Origin: Candidatus Spongiisociaceae bacterium
GTDB taxonomy: Bacteria; Actinomycetota; Acidimicrobiia; Spongiisociales; Spongiisociaceae
Assembly (NCBI GenBank): GCA_965262915.1
Contig: OZ253564.1
Coordinates: 1,664,001-1,728,000 of the forward strand
Direction: 5' to 3'
DNA: 64,000 bases
Positions 61,132 through 64,000 of the stretch are shown one piece after another; the first letter of the stretch is position 1; the number at the start of each line of letters is the position of its first letter. The notes beneath the pieces are model-generated. The model saw only the letters and a list, made by a program, of their open reading frames with translations, was not told where the DNA came from and did not search any database. A program made the translations under genes and the position numbers.

Positions 61132-62908
61132 CCTGAATCCACCGATTGATCCGTTGGGGGGGTGCTTGGCGGGGGTGTGCGTGTTCGGGGTGGTTGTTTT
61201 CGGGGGTTGGTTGGCGGCTGGTGGAAGTTGGGGGGTGTTGTTGGGTTCCGGGTTGACGGTGGGGGCTTTTTGGGGTGTGTCGGGACGTGTCGGGGTGCGG
61301 TTCCGGAGCGGTTCATTCAGAGGTGGGGTTGTGTGGTTGTGGGGGTGGCGGCTAGCAGAGTTGGGGGAGGTTGCGGAGGTTGGTGAGGGCGGTGTGGTAG
61401 GTGTGGGCCCAGGGCCATTGGGCGGGTAGGCGCAGTATGTGTCGTCCGCTGTGGTTGACCAGCCGTGCGGGTATGCCGAATAGCCGGTTGCGGATGGTGG
61501 TTCCGGCGGTGAGTTTGTTAGGTGGTTGGATTCGGCCGAGGTGTGCTATCCACCGGTAGAGGTTATGGGCGAGGGTGGTGATGGCGAGCCAGGCGGCGTT
61601 GGCCCAGAACCGTCCTGATGGTAGGTGAGCGAGACCGGCTGCTCCTTTGAGGTCTCGGATGGCAAGTTCGATCGTGGCGTGCCGGCGGTGGTGTCGGTCG
61701 GCTTCGACGAGGCGGTCGGTGTCGGTGTCGGTGTCGGTGGTGTGCGGGTGTTGGCAGTCGGTGTCGGTGTTGTGCTGGTGGGGGTGGTGTCGGTCGGCTT
61801 CGGTGGTGGGGTGGTCGGTGTTGGTCACGAAGGGGTGGTAGCGCCAGTCGGACCATAGCTGTAGCTGGTCTTGGTCTGTGAGGCGGGTGCGACGCACGAC
61901 GAGACGGAGTTTTATCTGCTGTTTACGCTTGGTGCGATGTGTTACCCAAATGGTGGTCTCCGCGACTTGGGCTTCGCCACCGCGGCGGTATTTGATAGAG
62001 GTCCAAGCCTTCTCCGCGATGGCCTCTATCGCGGCCCGCACGTTGGAGTAAAGGGGTACGGTGATTGAGTAGTCCACCCCCAGTTTGTTCAACGTAGCCA
62101 CCATGTTGTAGGAATAGAATCCCGAATCGGCGCGTAGGGCGATCGGCCCCCCGGCCCCGGCCCGGCGGACACGGCCCACGGCATCGGCCACGAAACCGAC
62201 GTTGCCCCGCTGGGAGCCGCCCTCGCGCAGGCGGGCCGCCACTATCTCGCCGGTCTCGGCGCGTGTCGCCAACAGCGGGTGGTAGCTCAACACCCCGTCG
62301 TGCCCAAAGCGGGCGCCTTCTTTGGTCTTGCCGCACACCCCACACACCGTGGAGTCCACATCTATGGTCACCGGAGCCCCACCCGGGCCTGCCCCCGCTG
62401 CCCACACCCGCCGCAGCGTCTCCTCCAACGCATCATCCAGCAGGCCTATGTCGTCGCGGCCCAACGAACGCAGAAACGTTCCCAACGTGGAAGGGGCCAT
62501 CACCCGATGCGGCAACACCCCGGCGGTGGCTCCGGCCCGCAGCCCCCCAGCGTGATCGATATGGGTAGCACCCATCAGCATCGACGACACCAACGACAGC
62601 ACCTTACGACCCGGGTTCGCTCCACCCACCCGGTCACCCAACCGCAGCATCTCGTCCCACAACTCTTCCAAACCGAGGCGATCCATCAACGTCCCCGCTG
62701 GGGGAGCTAACAACCCCCCATCAGCGACCAACGACTCGTCGTCGAACACCACCTCAAGACGGTCGATTCTCTGTGATACCCTCCTCATAGGAAGTGCCTC
62801 CCCGATCCAGGCCAAAGCCTCTACTTCTTACGGCTATTGTCCCAGATCAGAGGCACTTTCTACGTCAAACCACCCACCACCACACCAAACCCCATCGGTG
62901 GATTCAGG
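61132..62908 (-). mobile_element. IS1380-family insertion sequence
   Basis: Perfect 15-bp IRs CCTGAATCCACCGAT; 5-bp TSD CTAAG at 61127-61131 and 62909-62913. Confidence 0.93.
61352..62788 (-). CDS. IS1380-family DDE transposase
   Basis: TIDVDST, SYHPL, LRADSGF, HRRHATIELAIRDLK, LPSGRFWANAAW. Confidence 0.92.
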   Translation of the reverse strand: MRRVSQRIDRLEVVFDDESLVADGGLLAPPAGTLMDRLGLEELWDEMLRLGDRVGGANPGRKVLSLVSSMLMGATHIDHAGGLRAGATAGVLPHRVMAPSTLGTFLRSLGRDDIGLLDDALEETLRRVWAAGAGPGGAPVTIDVDSTVCGVCGKTKEGARFGHDGVLSYHPLLATRAETGEIVAARLREGGSQRGNVGFVADAVGRVRRAGAGGPIALRADSGFYSYNMVATLNKLGVDYSITVPLYSNVRAAIEAIAEKAWTSIKYRRGGEAQVAETTIWVTHRTKRKQQIKLRLVVRRTRLTDQDQLQLWSDWRYHPFVTNTDHPTTEADRHHPHQHNTDTDCQHPHTTDTDTDTDRLVEADRHHRRHATIELAIRDLKGAAGLAHLPSGRFWANAAWLAITTLAHNLYRWIAHLGRIQPPNKLTAGTTIRNRLFGIPARLVNHSGRHILRLPAQWPWAHTYHTALTNLRNLPQLC

Positions 62909-63383
62909 CTAAGTCCGTGGTCATCCCGGCCTGGGCAGCGCCAGCCTCGGAACGTCCCGTGCCCGAACCCCGCACTTGCTCCCACTCAGGCTGCCGGATG
63001 GTACGAATGGTGGGACTGACCTCCCGACTCTCGATTTCGACCCCAGATCAGCCCGTGTCAAGCAACGGACAGCATCTCCGCCACAGGGGGCTCAGGAGTT
63101 GGCGTGGCGCGCTTCAGCCGTGGAGTACCTCGGCTAGACGGTCCATCTCTCAGGCACTCTGGTTAGCGGCAGCTATGGGCCGAACATGTCGAGGCTGCGA
63201 CGAAAGTGTCGGGTGGTGGAGAAGTCCTCCGAATGGGTGTGAAGCCTTCGCTGGGATCGGTTTGGCCAGGTCGCCGATCCAGCTCTCTTCTGATGAGCGC
63301 CACCCGGGCCCTGATGGGCGGTAGTCGGTGAACGAGAATTCGTTTCTCCTTGGTTCTCGTGACGCGGCCGAAGCGGCGGTTGC

Positions 63384-64000
63384 CTATGCGGGTGACCAGG
63401 TGGGGCATTCGCCGTTGCGGTCGATTTGTCTGTGGTTGGTCCCGTCGGAGTCGATAACGCCGACGCCGTCTTCGGTTCTGTACGCGAGGTGGTCACCTGT
63501 GGGTGATACAGCCAGGCAGCTTTTCTCGGTTAGGTCGTTGGTGAGGCGACGCATGCCACCATCGATGCCGACTACGTAGACGTCGTCGGCTAGGTAGGCG
63601 ACGCTTTGGCTGTCGGGTAGCCAGACCAGGTCGAACACCTTGCCGGGGAATATCTCGGTAAGGATCGATCCGTCGGTGTCGACGATTACCAGCCCCAGTG
63701 GCCAGCCTTCGAGGTCGTGGTGGGTGGCGAAGAGGCGAGCACCGTCGGGTGACCACCGGGGTCGCCATCCCTGCTGGGTGAGTTGTTTGCGGCCGCTCCC
63801 GTCGGAGTTGACCACCCAAACGCCACCGTCCTCACCGTTCCACGCGATCTGGGAGGCATCGGGCGACAGGCTCACAGCACGAAGTCCGCTACCAAGACGT
63901 CGACGGTTCGAACCATCGACACCCACCACCCACAGAGCCCCGGACTGGGTGTAGAAGATTCGTGTTTGGTCGGGCCACCACCGCGGAGTCGAACCCGCGT
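63384..64000 (-). CDS. TolB-like (PD40) beta-propeller protein, 5' end outside window
   Basis: Repeated PRWSPDG / VWVVNSDGSGRKQLT units; frame open to the window edge. Confidence 0.8.
   Translation of the reverse strand, partial: AGSTPRWWPDQTRIFYTQSGALWVVGVDGSNRRRLGSGLRAVSLSPDASQIAWNGEDGGVWVVNSDGSGRKQLTQQGWRPRWSPDGARLFATHHDLEGWPLGLVIVDTDGSILTEIFPGKVFDLVWLPDSQSVAYLADDVYVVGIDGGMRRLTNDLTEKSCLAVSPTGDHLAYRTEDGVGVIDSDGTNHRQIDRNGECPTWSPA

Noticed and set aside
63975-64000. tRNA T-arm-like GGGTTCGACTCC on the minus strand
   Set aside because: The stem does not pair properly and the sequence lies in the open TolB-like frame (AGSTPRWWPD).

Overview
High-GC bacterial DNA, probably an actinobacterium (inferred from the GAAC-N4-GTTC SOS box, the Rv2578c-type radical SAM gene and the IS types). 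The first ~29 kb is an accessory defence/toxin-antitoxin island. It opens with a PLD-SNF2 helicase plus an Eco57I/TaqI-like adenine methyltransferase. It then becomes an array of small TA modules and gene fragments punctuated by seven same-orientation, variably truncated copies of one end of an unusual two-gene mobile element. That element encodes a tyrosine-recombinase-fold protein that appears to lack its catalytic Arg and Tyr, translationally coupled to a 596-aa DDE transposase, with a conserved promoter-hairpin-terminator unit (possible antisense RNA) upstream. One complete copy lies at ~12.57-15.8 kb and a second, diverged copy is cut by the left window edge. The rest is mostly core-like: a SAM methyltransferase, a Tad/Flp pilus locus with repeat-containing adhesin-like proteins, EamA, acyl-CoA dehydrogenase, trpB2, an SOS-boxed radical SAM gene, a small decayed TA islet, pgi-zwf, a MacAB-like ABC system, tRNA-Val(TAC) followed by a broken P4-type integrase, a degenerate ISL3, higBA, ctaA-ctaB, an IS1380 with intact ends and TSD, and a TolB-like beta-propeller gene at the right edge. 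All family names come from motif recognition by eye, not from database searches.
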